From contig OZ038379.1 in the NCBI GenBank assembly GCA_964036045.1, positions 26,536,001 to 26,600,000 on the forward strand: DNA of 64,000 nucleotides, given 5' to 3'. The stretch's first letter is position 1. The number at the start of each line of letters is the position of its first letter. The position numbers and the translations under genes are program-made. This document shows positions 45,534 to 57,939 of this stretch, one piece after another. The notes below the pieces were generated by a model. That model saw nothing but the letters and a program-made list of their open reading frames with translations. It made no database searches and had not been told where the DNA came from. Source of the DNA: Eutreptiella sp. 'Long Island Sound 2002'. Its lineage: Eukaryota > Protista > Euglenida.

Positions 45534-46808
45534 TCACGCTTTGCTATATGCCCCTGGAACCCAAGGTATGAACAGCCCATGCTTGGGACGGCACGCGAAA
45601 TATTGCACGCCCTTCACGGTGCCGTCGTTCTTTCCCCCCGGTGTCGCCAATTCAATCCCGAGCCACGTGCCCTCCGCAAAATGCACGTCCCCCACAAACC
45701 GCACGACCACCTCCATATTCTTGTACCAAATGCTTCTTCCCACGTGTGGTACTGTTTGAAGCTTGGCCCCTCCACCCTTATCTTCGCTGGGCCCATCCTT
45801 TGCAGCCGGGGAGCTGCGTGAACGCGATTTCTTGGAATCTTCTGAGCCTCTTCGAACGCCAACTTGTGATTGGTCATCTTGAGTCGCCAGCTTCTCTGGC
45901 GCGGCAGATTCATCTACTTGTTCCACACCTGCCACTCCATTCTCGACCAGCAGCGTTTGCAGGGTTTGGATGCGCTGCTTGCGGCGATTGTCCCGGTCCT
46001 TGGCCTTCTCCACGATTTGGGCGATCTTTGTCTTCAGCTCCAAATTCTTTTGAATCTTGTCCTTGACCCGCTGCCGTTCATGGTTCAAATCCACCTCCAC
46101 TTGGGCAAGTTCCTTGTCCAAGAGCTCCAACTTCGCCGTGAGGCCATCCGACTGAAACTTGCGTCCTGAGTCCAACTCTTTGCGAATGGCAGCGTTTTCC
46201 TTCTCGAGCTTCTTAGACTTGGCTTTGTACCGGCGGTCTTTCGCCTCTGCGTCTTCCTCCCACTTCACATCCACCACGGTCCACTTTTCCGCCGTGTGAG
46301 GCTTCTTCGGCGGGGGCGCGTCTACACGTGGTGCCTCTCGTTGACCTTCGCACGCGGCCTTTTCGAGCTCCTCTTCGAGTTGCGTGCACTTCAATTCAAA
46401 CACCTTTTGATCCCGTTTGAGGGCGTTCACTGCACTGCGTAGATAGAAATCTATTGCTTCCTCTGGGCTCATGGTGTATTCCTTCGGGGTTGGTGGTGGT
46501 TGGCCTCGACCCCCCAACTCAAAAGAGAGTTGAAGAACCGTGTCTTCCAAGCGGCGTTCGCGTTGGTGCATCGTGACTAGGTTGCGGTTCAACAAATTTA
46601 TTTGCTTGCGGTTTTTGTCCGCCGCCTCACGGGCTTGGTCTTTCTTTTGTTTTAAAGTGCATACTTCGTCCACAAGCTGGTCCTTGGTATACTCTCTGTA
46701 TTGCTTTTGAACGGTGCTCGGGCTATGAACTTCGAAGGATGAGCCAAGGGAAGTGAAAGACGTGCCGAACGACGTGCCCAGTGACGCACCCAAGTCTGCA
46801 TTCCACAT
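45534..46808 (-). CDS. 424-aa coiled-coil protein with C-terminal CAP-Gly domain (single uninterrupted ORF)
   Basis: ATG start, no stops, long K/E/L heptad-rich region, C-terminal [45 protein letters not shown] with the GKNDG motif intact. Confidence 0.9.
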   Translation of the reverse strand: MWNADLGASLGTSFGTSFTSLGSSFEVHSPSTVQKQYREYTKDQLVDEVCTLKQKKDQAREAADKNRKQINLLNRNLVTMHQRERRLEDTVLQLSFELGGRGQPPPTPKEYTMSPEEAIDFYLRSAVNALKRDQKVFELKCTQLEEELEKAACEGQREAPRVDAPPPKKPHTAEKWTVVDVKWEEDAEAKDRRYKAKSKKLEKENAAIRKELDSGRKFQSDGLTAKLELLDKELAQVEVDLNHERQRVKDKIQKNLELKTKIAQIVEKAKDRDNRRKQRIQTLQTLLVENGVAGVEQVDESAAPEKLATQDDQSQVGVRRGSEDSKKSRSRSSPAAKDGPSEDKGGGAKLQTVPHVGRSIWYKNMEVVVRFVGDVHFAEGTWLGIELATPGGKNDGTVKGVQYFACRPKHGLFIPWVPGAYSKA

Positions 46809-47429
46809 CGCTCACAAGCCGTGCATGACCGATCTTGGTGGTCGCAAAGCATATACGGAAAGGCTAAAGGTAGAATCAACACTTGGCACGAGGTAGGACT
46901 AGAAATCAAAGCATGACGCAACCCTTCATTTAGGTGTGGCGAGTTTGGGTGCATGGCACGTACTTACCCAGGTACGATTAGAAAATTTTAAGAAAATCTC
47001 GGGGGTTTTTTTGCAAAAATTTCTTCTAGAATTTGTGTAAGTCGATCGGTCAAAACCCAAGTTTAACTGAGTACGAAGATAAAGTACGACATGTTGCACT
47101 TTCACTTTCTTTTTGTCCAGTGGGAAAATTGCTCTTTGGACCACAAAATACATCCCAACCACCTGCACCCACCCGCGATCACAAGCTCCCCCCATGGAAG
47201 ACGAGAGGTCATGTGTTTACCAAATGCCAAACGTGATCAAGAGCATGTAAGGTGTAGGTCCGGGGGAACGCCTTCGGTAATAGTGCCGTGTGGGTGCAAG
47301 CCTCTCACCAGCCTCCTTAGTAACAACAACTTGCCAAGTTGCAACGATGTGTGGCACATGCAAAGTGGCATTCGTGGTTGTTTCGACGTCGTTTACTCCC
47401 TAGCATTGATTGTAGTCGTCGAGTTTATC

Positions 47430-48360
47430 AGTGGGGGTCCAACGTTGGGTCAACGCAGGGATCGCGTGGGAGCTAACCGGGCGTCACGAGCCCTATGCGC
47501 CTGTAAATACCATTTTGCACTTGTTGCCGATGCATTATGCCCCAACCGAATGTGGTTCCCAATGTAATCCAATATCACAAGCTTCTCAGCCCCCACTTGT
47601 TTTCTTTTCTGTATCATATGGTTGTGTGCACACCGAGGTGGGATGAACTCCGCCCCCCAACTCATCAGGGAATTCAATATTGCAAGGGATTCGCATGGGC
47701 GGAAGTGGGACAAATTAAGGGCAGACACAGGGACATTCAACTCGAGTTGACCGCTGACACATGAGGTTTGCGACGAACTAGTCAGAAGAATGCCAAATGG
47801 TGATTAGACGGATCTTGTTGGCGAAGTTTCCTACCCACAAATTAGCCTATTGGACACGAGATTCATTGCCATGGAATGTCGTCGTTTTCACCTTTCGTCT
47901 TATTGCTTGCCTCGGGCATTCGCATTTTAAGTACCGTAAATTTCTCCTTGCTTGTTCCACGCGATAAAAATGCCATGCGAATGTTTCCTTCATAATGCTT
48001 TCCAAAAATGTGGCCAATGTCATTGAGGATCCTACCCTGAAGTGCATGACCCGTGTGAGCACACGCCTTGCCTCCAAGGAATGTAGGTACATGATGTGTT
48101 GTAGGCCGCAGTTGGAGCACCTTCTAGAGGAGAATGGTAGGAAGTTGGCAGTGGCGAAGAGCAAGGAAAGGGATGGTCGCTTGTTGAATGCCTCTTTGGT
48201 CCCTAAGGACACGTCTTCTATGACGGTTGATGTTCTTAAGGGTGCCACCAAGCTGCGCCGTAGACAGCGTGAGGTGGCTGATTTCTTGAGGTTGAATGTC
48301 AACCGGGACCAATTGTTGGCACAATTGGAGGAGTGGGTGGAGGATGCGGTTGTCATGTGA
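47430..48360 (+). pseudogene. Protein-like decayed frame of unknown family (possibly a DNA-transposon ORF)
   Basis: One frame carries RWVNAGIAWELTGRHEPYAPVNTILHLLPMH ... RILLAKFPTHKLAYWTRDSLPW ... ANVIEDPTLKC ... QLLAQLEEWVEDAVVM* with scattered stops. Confidence 0.3.
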
Positions 48361-49189
48361 GGACCCCATGCTTTTGTTGTGCTTTTATGCCTTTTGCAAG
48401 GGTGGTGGTGGTGGGTCTGCAGGACTCGCACCTGCTATGGTATGGGCTGGACTTGGCTCGGACTTGTTTACCACCGTTTGGTCGTGGGGGATGAAAATGG
48501 GCACAGGTTTTCCTTGCTAGAAAACCTGTGGTTTTCGGCACGTGGGTGGCCAGGGTGACGGACGTCGCTCCGGTTAGTGTACATGCTCCGGGGGTCTTAA
48601 TTCCGTCTGCCGTTGCACTATCCCGGAGTGTCTCGTCCGCCGACGGGTGCCCAATGCCCCTCCGTGTGTCGGGTACGTGTCCCCCGTGTGCAATTGACTT
48701 GTGTCATCGGGTCTCGCGCACGTGCTACGGGTGTCTTCCTGAGGTGCACTTCTTAGTGTCCACTATGCAGGCAGAAGCATAGCACGCACGACAGCAACAG
48801 CACAAGTACCACCGCAGGCCCATGTCAACTGGACGACATACGTAATCGCAAGTCGGTGTAGTGCGAATGCACTGCATGTCCACCACTCCGGAGGTAAAAG
48901 CGCCACGCGCACCACCACTGTCGAACATGTGCCGGCGAAGGTGCATCTTGGCAAGTGTACCCGGCAAGGAAACGATGAGTACCTGTGCCATACCGCAATA
49001 CGAACCAGCGATGGCAATTGCTCGGCTCCCTAGCTGCTTCCGCGCTAGGGAGGTCCACCACGTAACAGGTCACGGGCCGTCGCAGCACGAAACGTGGCCA
49101 CTGAGTTCGCTCAGATAGACGGGGCCTCGAGTGAAACCATTACAACACATCACCTGACCCCTGTTGCGCTATCCCCGGGTACACGCTAG

Positions 49190-51365
49190 AACACCCAATT
49201 TCATTCTAGGCTAGAACGCTTCGCAAGAACGTTCTAGCCTAGAACGGTCCTAGCCTAGAACACAAATTGTTCTAGCCTGGATTGGTACAATAGGTAGAAC
49301 ATAAAAACACAAATTAACACAGTGGGTTGGGGGGTGCATGACACACAAACTCAAGGCAACCAACACACTTGACGCAGGCATACACATATGTGCCCCCCCC
49401 CCCCAAGCATACACACAGTTTTGCGGGAGCATATTCACAACACAACACACAACATACGATATCAAGGGTGGGGAGGGTGGGTAAGAGGCCAAACACAAGC
49501 ACCGCACAAACACCCCCTGAGTGTCGAGCTATCAGCCCCCCCCCCCCTTTCCATTTTGTGGTCTGGGTTGTGGGCCTACTCTGTTTGTTGTGCTTAAGGT
49601 TAGGGAGGGTATCCATTACCTTTTTGCAAGTGTGCTTTTGTTTTTTGAATTGGTTGAAGAAGTGCGTACACAGTGACACCAAGAGATAGGTGTGTCACTC
49701 CTTCCCTCCTCCCTGCCGTGTGTGTATGTGGTGTGGGGTTGTCTTGTGTACAGGTCGCCCCTTCCCACCATCCCTCCTCCCTTGCTCCCCCCGACCCCCC
49801 CAGCTAGGTTATGCACTGTGCTACGTGGGTCAGTGGTATGCTTTGTCCCCCCTCCTCCCGGGTTATGTAATCCCCCCCCTTGTGTGCACTGGTACCTGGC
49901 TTGTTGGTTGGTTGGCTGTTGGTTTTCGGGTTGCTTGGTTGGTTCTTGGGTTGGTTGGTTCGTTGTTGGTTGATTGGTTCTTGGACAGCTGAGGTAGGCT
50001 GGTTGGTTGGTTGGTTGGTTGGTTGGTTGGTTGGTTGGTTGGTTGCGTGGTTGGTTGGTTGTTGGCTAGCTGCGGGGGTGTATGTGTGTGTGTTGCCTGG
50101 ACACCTGCTGTGTGGTGTTGTTGCACAATGTGTCTTTGTGTAAGCCTGCCTGTGCAGCCATTGCAAGGGTCTTTGGGGGGGTTGTGCACATTTTATTTCG
50201 GCGATCTAGCGGCGTTCTAGCGAGGTGTTCTAGCGACGTTCTAGCGAGCGAAGCGGCGCCGCTAGAACGGCCGCTTCGCTCGCTAGAACGTCGCTAGAAC
50301 ACCTCGCTAGAACGCCGCTAGATCGCCAAAATGAAATGTGCACAACCCCCCCGAGGACCTTTGCAATGGCTGCACATACATGCTTACACACAGACACACT
50401 GTGAAACAACACCAGACAGCACGTGTCCAAGCAACACAACCACATACACTCCACCCAACAGCAAATACAATGCTACAGCACCTGTGCACACACACACACA
50501 CACATACACCCCAGCAACTAGCCAACAACCAACCAACCAACCAACCAACCAACCAACCAACCAACCAACCAACCAACCGACCGACCGACCGACCAGCCTG
50601 CCAAACTCAGCTGTCCAAGAACCAATCAACCAACAACCAACCAACCAACCCAACAACCAACCAACCAACCCGAAAACCAACAGCCAACCAACGAACAAGC
50701 CAGGTACCAGTGCACACAGAGGGGGGGGGGGGTCCCATAACCTGGGAGGAGGGGGGACAAAGCATACCACTGACCCACACAGCACAGCTCCTAACGCTCC
50801 TGACAGCAGTACACTAGACAACCCGACACCAAAGACACACATGGCGGGAAGTAGGGCAGGAGTAACACACCTATCTCTTGGTGTCACTGTGTACGCACTT
50901 CTTCCACCCAAATCAAAAAACAAAAGCACACCTGCAAAAAGGTAAGGGATATTACCCTCCCCAACCTTAAGCAGAACAAGCAGAGTAGGCCCACAACCTA
51001 GACCACACCATGGAAAGGGGGGAGGGATTGATAGCTCGACACTCAGGGGGTGTTTGTGCGGTGCTTGTGATCGGCCTCTTAGCCCACCCTCCCCACCCTT
51101 GACATCTTATGTTGTGTGTTGTGTTGTGCATATGGCTATGCCAAACTGTGTGTCTATGGGGGGGGGGGGGGCACATATGCCTATGCATGCGTCAAGTCTA
51201 GTAGTTTTATGAGTGTGTGTGTTTTACCCCCCACCCCACCCCCACTTTGGTGTCCCTTAGATGCAACACATGCATGAATGTTTTTGTTCTAGTTGTGTTC
51301 TAGTCTAGAACGTTCTAGCGACGTTCTAGCGAACAAGCTAGAACGGCGCTAGAACGTCGCTACAC
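49190..51365. repeat. About 2.2-kb foldback palindrome: two diverged copies of a roughly 1.07-kb element head-to-head, with a perfect 58-bp central hairpin
   Basis: 50200-50257 is the exact reverse complement of 50270-50327 (12-nt loop). Outer arms pair imperfectly, e.g. gtacacagtgacaccaagagatagg (49667) with cctatctcttggtgtcactgtgtac (50870), and (TTGG)n with (CCAA)n. CTAGAAC-rich blocks at both ends and the centre. Confidence 0.92.
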
Positions 51366-51719
51366 CACTTTTTTTGTCTTCGTTTTCGGGGTCACAAATG
51401 TGTGTGTTTTTTTAAAATGATATTTGGACCCCAGGAATGGTCCCGGGGGCCCAAGTTGCACCCCTTGGTACCTGTATGAAAGGTAGTTTTGTACATCTTA
51501 AATTGTTTTATGAAATATGAACGCATTTTGCTCTTGCTAGGGTACCCATGGGCCATTATTGTTCAAAACTTGGGGGGCTGGGTCAACACCCTCGAGGAGA
51601 GTTTTTTTTGTGGACCGGGGGTTTTTTGTAACAATTGCCATTTTTGCCAGTTTATGCAAAACATGAAAACATCCTCCCCTGTTCATATTTCCATTCATAA
51701 TTCCATTCATAATTCAGAA

Positions 51720-53530
51720 CTCGTTTTATGAACGGGTTTTTTGTTTTGTGAACGCGTTTTTTGAACGCGTTTTATGAACACATGCACAGGCACACAACAC
51801 TTGCTCAATTTTTAATATGTTCTGTCCACTTCACTGCTTTTCCTTGTCCCTTGTCCTTGCTTGTTCTTGCCACCCTAAACCCCAGGGCTGGGCCCTGTCG
51901 GGTCCTCCCAAAGGGGGCTGTGGCCTTGGTCTCGCCCCCATCCGGGGCCTCGGCATGGGTTTGGGCAGGGGGTTGGGCTGGGGGTTTGGCCGAGGGTTGC
52001 GCCGGGGCATCCACCTCCATGGGGGCGGCCTCGTGGGCAGCTTTGGGCTGGGGCTCAGGGGCCTGCTCAGCCTCAGGCTTGGGATCAGGCTTTGCGGGCT
52101 TGGGGCGCGGCTCAGCCGACGGGTCAGCGTCCGGTTTGGGGTTAGGCTTCTTTTTGGCATTGGCGGCCTTCTTCGCTGCACCTAGAGCCTTGTGCTGCTC
52201 CCAATGGTTCAGTGCTGAAGCATGAGAGGCATACAACAGATGCCTCTCAACCCGAAACATCTCCTTTTCCCCTGGGTGTTCCACCCACACTCTCCCCCCC
52301 CCCCCACAACCGAGGTCACAACCCCCGGGTAGACACCTTCGGTGTAGGGCACAAAAACCTGTGCACCAAGCAAGGGGTAAGGTGACTCGTCCCCCTCCAA
52401 AGAGGGCGGTTCCTCGCTCTGCTTTTGCTGATGAGGCTGCTTCCCGTTCGCCTCCTTCCCATGTCCACGGGGGAGTGCCTGGTCCGACGATGAGCTGGTG
52501 CTCAATTTGAAGGACTTGCGCTTGTGCGTGGGGGGCTTTTTGGGTTCGGTGGGTTTGCGGGGGGGGGGGGGGGGCAAGGCGGGGGGTTTGGGTTTGTCGG
52601 CGGGCCATGAGGCAACGGAAACTGGGCTCACATACGCCCCCGTGTCACAGGCGCATGGTCATAAGCACATTGTTCGGTGTTTTGCTTGCTGCACTGCAGC
52701 GTAGACCACTTCTGTACCACACCAGGTGGCTGCTGGCTGTGCATTGGCACTGTTCCTCTGGACATTGAGGTCAGCTCGCACCCACCACCCACCCACAGTG
52801 CCGGTTAGTCTCTAACCCTTGCCCTGCAGGTCGTGACCTTGTCATGCACTTGTTCTCTGGCTCGTGAGGTCGTGTCAAACTCCATCCTCAGGGGCGCAAT
52901 GGCGCCTGGGTTGGCGCAAAGGCGTCTCAGCATTTCAGCATGTGCTCCGTCTGTCAGGCAACTCTACAAATCATTGCTGTTTTGCGTGTGGCGCATACCA
53001 CTTCTGCCCCCCACCATGCATGCGCATGCCGCCCACACATTCATTCATGCCTACTTGCTTTCGTCATCCTCACATGGGCCGCACTCTCGCTGCCCCAGTC
53101 TTGCTTCGGCTGTGCAACACGTGATACACGTCGGCGGGGCGGGGGGGGCTTTGATGGGAGGGGCTGCGGGGGGTGGGGGGGCTCAACCCAGGACTGGACA
53201 ACAGGATCTCCTCATCAGCACAGCCCTCCCACCCCAACTCAGCCGGGCTAGCCCAGCACGGCGTAGTCGCCGCCCAAGTGTCCGTTAGGCGGCGGGACCG
53301 TTCCCACTCCCGCAACCCGGACATGATAGAGCACCCCCGTTGCGGGTTGAGGAGGAGCAGCTGGTGCAGGGCGGACAGGGCAATGCTGAACTCGGCGGTC
53401 CCCCACCGGTAGCGGATGCGAACCCCCACAACGTCCACCAGGTTCACTTCCACGTCCATGATCTGTGACAGTGCCGTTCATAAAATGTGTTTATAAAACG
53501 GGTTCATAAAACGCGTTCATGGTTCACAAA
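51720..53530 (-). mobile_element. Element bounded by inverted ATGAAC/GTTCAT subterminal repeats, carrying a decayed ORF with a Tudor/PWWP-like segment and a P/K/A-rich tail
   Basis: ttttatgaac/ttgaacgcg repeats at 51724-51780 versus gttcataaaa repeats at 53477-53530. Interior LGAQVFVPYTEGVYPGVVTSVV[poly-G shift]RVWVEHPGEKEMFRVERHLLYAS. Confidence 0.5.
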
Positions 53531-53599
53531 CGGGCAGTGCAGCATCGCTGAGTGATGAACGGCCGGTTATTGATGAATTACGAACGAATTCTTAACGCA

Positions 53600-55110
53600 G
53601 ATACCTCGAAATCCGGCTCTGGTCCAACGTTGCCCATGGCGCCGAGGGCGGTCCAAAAATGCGCAGCTGCACTAGGAGGGGTGCCCTAGGGGGCGCCCGT
53701 AGGGGCCGTGGTGCTGCTTGTGGCCGGGGCTACCCGGCCAAGGAGCTTGATGGGGCGGGTGATGGTGAGGCCCTCAACGGCCCCCTCGTACGAAGCCTCC
53801 TGCCCAGGGTCATACACCCCTCCCAAAATGGATTCCCACTGGGGGATGCACTCCAACTAGCGCCCCGAGCGCTGCAGTTTCACCCACCCCTTTTCGTCCG
53901 AGTGGAAGAAGCACGGTTCGCAATGGGACCCCTGCATCAAGGCACCGGGCGGGCCCGTAAAAACTTTGGCTTGCGTCAAATCCCCGGCACCAATTGGTTC
54001 GGGGATGGGGGACAGGAGTTTTCCCGGCTAGGGTTTCCATGTCCATCCCCCCCCCCCCCTTGTGTGCCGCCAGGCCCCCCCCCCCCCCCCCCCCGCACCC
54101 TTGTTGCGGATGCGTTGCCGCAAAAGGCGGCGAAATGCCTAGCGCAGGTTGACGTATGCCACGTGGGGCGCCAAAAAAAGGGGGGCATCGGGGGAGTACC
54201 CACTGTCCAGCGCTGCCTGCACCCAGGGGAGGGTTAGCACATTGCGCTGGTTGCCGTGGATCAGGTCCCATGTATGGCCGGCCTCTACCCTGAAACACGG
54301 GGTCACAACCAAAACCCCCCACCCCTTGCGTCCTCCACTGCCACCTCCTCCGTCTCGGCCTTCACCTCCTCGATGTCTTCCCATGGTTCGTCCTCTTTCA
54401 CCCCCCTCCCCCCCGCTGCCTCCTTCTTCTTCCTCTTTTCCTCCTTCTTCTTCTCCTTCTTCCTCCTCTTCTCCTTCTTCTTCTCCTTCCTCCTCCTCTT
54501 CCTCACCTGCTCCAACGAGTCCGACGACTCCTCACTAGAGGAGTCGCCGGCGGGCGGCCATGAGGCAACGGATACTGAGCTCGCATACGCCCGCGTGTCA
54601 CAGGCGCATGGTCATCACCACATAGTTCAGTGTGTTTTCCCTGCTGCACTGCAGCGCAGACCAGTTCCGTATCACTCCACGTGGCTGCTGACTGCGCTTT
54701 GGCCTTGGCCATCTGTACATTGGGGTCAGCTCGCACCCACCACCCTCCCACAGTGCCGGTTAGTCTCTAACCCTTGCTCTGCGGGTCTCGCTCTTGCTGC
54801 CCCTGTCGTGCTCATGCTCTCTGGCACGTAAAGACGTTTCATGTTCGAGCTTTGGGGGCGCAAAGGCGTCCCAATGTTTCCCGGCGGGTGGGGAGGCGGG
54901 GTGAGCGGCGGGGGGTCGCCCGGAGGAGTGGGCTTGAGGGGGAGGAGGAGCTTGAGGTGGAGGTGGGGGTGGAGCTTGACCTTGAGCTTGAGCCGGAGCT
55001 GGATCTTGGGTTGCCAGCCGCTGCTCCTGTGGACATGGGGCAAGCTGTTCATAAATCGTTCATCAAACCAGTTCATATTTCATCGGTTGATAAATCGGTT
55101 CATAAATCGC
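53600..55110 (-). mobile_element. Second, paralogous GTTCAT-repeat element with a shared central domain and a different C-terminal region
   Basis: 54555-54870 aligns with 52600-52930 (RLTGTVGGWWVRAD.NVQ...AATW.(G/D)TE.V.AAVQQ.K...VSVASWP). GTTCAT repeats at 55045-55105. K/E-rich run at 54420-54505. Confidence 0.5.
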
Positions 55111-55299
55111 CGGTCGCGCGGTAAATCGTGCCCTTTGGGTCTTTGGGAGGATAGTAAGGATCGGAGGCCGGGCCACTCGTGGCCTCTTGGGCCTGCGTTG
55201 TGCGTTGTGTGTGGGCGACGCCAGTGGACGTTGGTGGGACCCTGCGCGGCGTCGCAAAACGTGACGTGTCTTGCCGTGGGGGGCGTACGGTCACGGTAC

Positions 55300-57900
55300 C
55301 CCCTTCCTATCGGTCCTGCCGCTTGCTAGTGTCGCTGTAGTGCGGTGGAGGCATGTGGGGGCCTTCTTGGCGTGCCTGAGGTGGTGGGGGTCCGCGGGCT
55401 GCCTCGCTGCTGGGGGAATGGCCTAAGTGCGCTGCCTTGCGGGCTATATGGCGATCTTGTGTGCGGCGGTACCCCGCGGTATTGCTGTGGTGGGGTATGT
55501 CGCGTCGCTTGTCGTGGTGGCTTCGGAGTGTGGGACGCTTGGGAACGCGGGCGTTGGTGTCAGGTGCTCCTGCCGTGACCACTTTGCCGCCGGGGGTTGG
55601 GGGACCGGAGTTCCAAGTTCCCGTGTCGGCGCATGGCGTCCCGGATGCGGAGAGTCGCCCAGCGGTGCCATTGCCACTGCAAAAGGTTTGCTTCGGCCGC
55701 AATGCGGACCTTCATGTGCGCCATAAGGCGTGTGGCCACGTAGTGCCAGTGGTTGGGGTGGGCCATGGTGCTGGGGGGGGGGGGGGGTTGGGCGCTTCGC
55801 GGTGTCGGAAGATGACGTTGGCATGGTGCGGTCTCCCTTAGCGATGTGCGCGTCCCGCTGGAGTATCCATTGAATGACAGCTGCCATGGGGAGCTGTTCA
55901 TTGTCTGTCATCTGACCGATCCACAAATCCAGGTCCAGAGCGGCTGTGCGCTCTGCTTCCACGCTGGGGTGGCGGGCTGCTCCTTCGGACGGCGAATAGT
56001 CCAGGTGACCTAACCGGGGCGTATCTCGTTCAGGGGGCGTGTGCCTTGCGGGTTAGCTGGTCGCGCTGTCGCTAGCCGGCGCACGGGGTCTGTGTCCTCT
56101 CGTCGGGGGCTGGGGGTGTGTTTGCCAGGCGTGCTCCTCCGTCGGGTGTGCCGTCGCTCGTTGCCTGGCCCCAACAGGTTCACCTGTCGTGTCGTGCCGG
56201 CGGACAACTTCAGAGCCTAGGACGGCGTAGTCCCTTCGGAAGTGTGCCATACGTGCCACCGAGGTGGGGTCGGCCGGGGGGGCGTCCGCGTCTCCGGGGT
56301 TGGGGTGTGGGTGTTGGCGTATGCTCGGGCGTGGGCGTTGGAGGTGCTGGCCGGCCACCTGTTGGGTCCCCTTCGTGGCAGGATGGCATGAAGTCGGAGA
56401 AAGACTCATTGTCGTGGTGATGTGTGGTTGTGGGCCGGTCTTGCCCTGTGTCGAAGACCTGTGTCAGATTGATGGAGGTCTGCTTGTCGACCTGTAAATG
56501 GGATTGGCACGCCCTCGGAGTGTCGTGCAGTTTGCCGTCCGTAGCCTCCCCTCGGTTCGCCGGGTCCCCGGCGGCCTCGTGACCTTCCTCCCCGGTGGTC
56601 CGTACTCCCGGTAGTACTCCCGGGGCGTGCGGTGGGGATTGTTGGCGGCCGGGTCGTGTGGGTACGGCCCACCGATGGTGCCATCAGTCGGTCAGGAATC
56701 TTCACGCGGCGTGGCTTGGTTGCTTCCAGTGTCCGCTGTTGTCTCAGGTCTTGTAATTGTGTCCGTTTCCGCATGTGGTGCCGCGATGGTCAACAGTGTG
56801 GGCAGTTGTGGATGCGGGTCATCGGCCGAACTGTCAGTGTTGCCCTCCTGACCTCCCGTAGTCCCCGGACCCGCGTCCGCGGTGGGTGGTGTTCCTGGGG
56901 TAGCCGATGCAGGCTGTCGGTGGCACGTGGATGACAGTTCACAGGTGGTGCCTTCAGTTGGCTATGGTCCTCCAGACGTCGCACCTTGGCTGGCTCCCGA
57001 GCCCACCGTTGCGGGCCGCGCGTGGCCTGTGGTACTTGTCACCGTGTCTATTCCCCCATGTGGTGTTACGGAGGTCGCCGCCGCGGCCGGCTTTGGGCGC
57101 GAGGGGCGCGGTTTGGCCAGGGTTTCGGGCGCCGTCAGTCCTTGTGTCGGCCTCGTTGCCGCCGTGGGCCAAGCTGCAGGGCGGCCTGGGTGCTCCGTAG
57201 GCGCGGTGTGCTCCGCGGTTGTGTTCCGTGCCTGGAATTGAGGGCGGTTGCCTTGGGTGCTGCTTGGCTGGGCGCGGCTGCGCTCCGGAGTTGTGCTGTT
57301 CGGTGACAGTCCTGTGGTCCTTGTTGGGGTTGGTCGCTGGCCGGGCCCACCCGACCGTGGCGTGTGGTCGCGGGGCGGGCCCCGTGTTGTTTTCGGGGCT
57401 CGTGAGCCTCGGCTTGTGCGGTGCAGCAGTGGGTTGACGGTATGGGCGGGGGCCGCCGCGGTTGGATGGGGTGTGGTTCTGGGTGCTATGGCCCGTCCGC
57501 TGGTGGTGGGTGCCATAGTGGCCTTCTCCTGGTGCCGCACGTCTCAGATGATGGTGGCGGTTGTTTGGCCGTCGTGGCGGCCCATTGTGTTCCTCCCATG
57601 TGGTGGTGCCTCGGCAGTAGCTTGTCGGGGGTGGTGGTGGTGGCGTTGGTTGTTGTCCCGCGGCACGCTTAGGTGCCCGGTGCTGTCATGGGTCTACTCC
57701 GGTGGCGGCCCGCGATGGTGCCAGGGTCCCCGTGGCGTGGCCAATGCTGGAGGAGGAGGCCCATGATGGGACCGCGGTGTAAGCTCTAGAGTCGGAGGAG
57801 GAGGAGGGGCTCCGGCCCGTACGACCTTCACGTTGTGTCACTGCCGCGTTGCCGTATGTGCATGGCGGTGGCGGGGAAACAGGCGGGTGGCCGGTTTGTT
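55300..57900 (-). mobile_element. GC-rich, P/T/R low-complexity decayed region, probably the linker/body of the RING-APE LINE
   Basis: Strong strand bias (minus strand C/A-rich). Continuous with the APE fragment at 57940-58330. No intact RT motifs found. Confidence 0.35.
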
Positions 57901-57939
57901 CAAGTAGGGGCCACAGACGGGGTGGGATAGGGAATCCCG

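Noticed and set aside
49190-51365. Palindrome as a long-read foldback chimera
   Set aside because: The arms differ by many substitutions and block indels and unique sequence continues on both sides. Read confirmation is still advisable.
55307-57850. Many overlapping 100-190-aa ORFs on both strands
   Set aside because: Expected from very high GC and low stop-codon density; they are low-complexity P/T/R or G/V/W translations.
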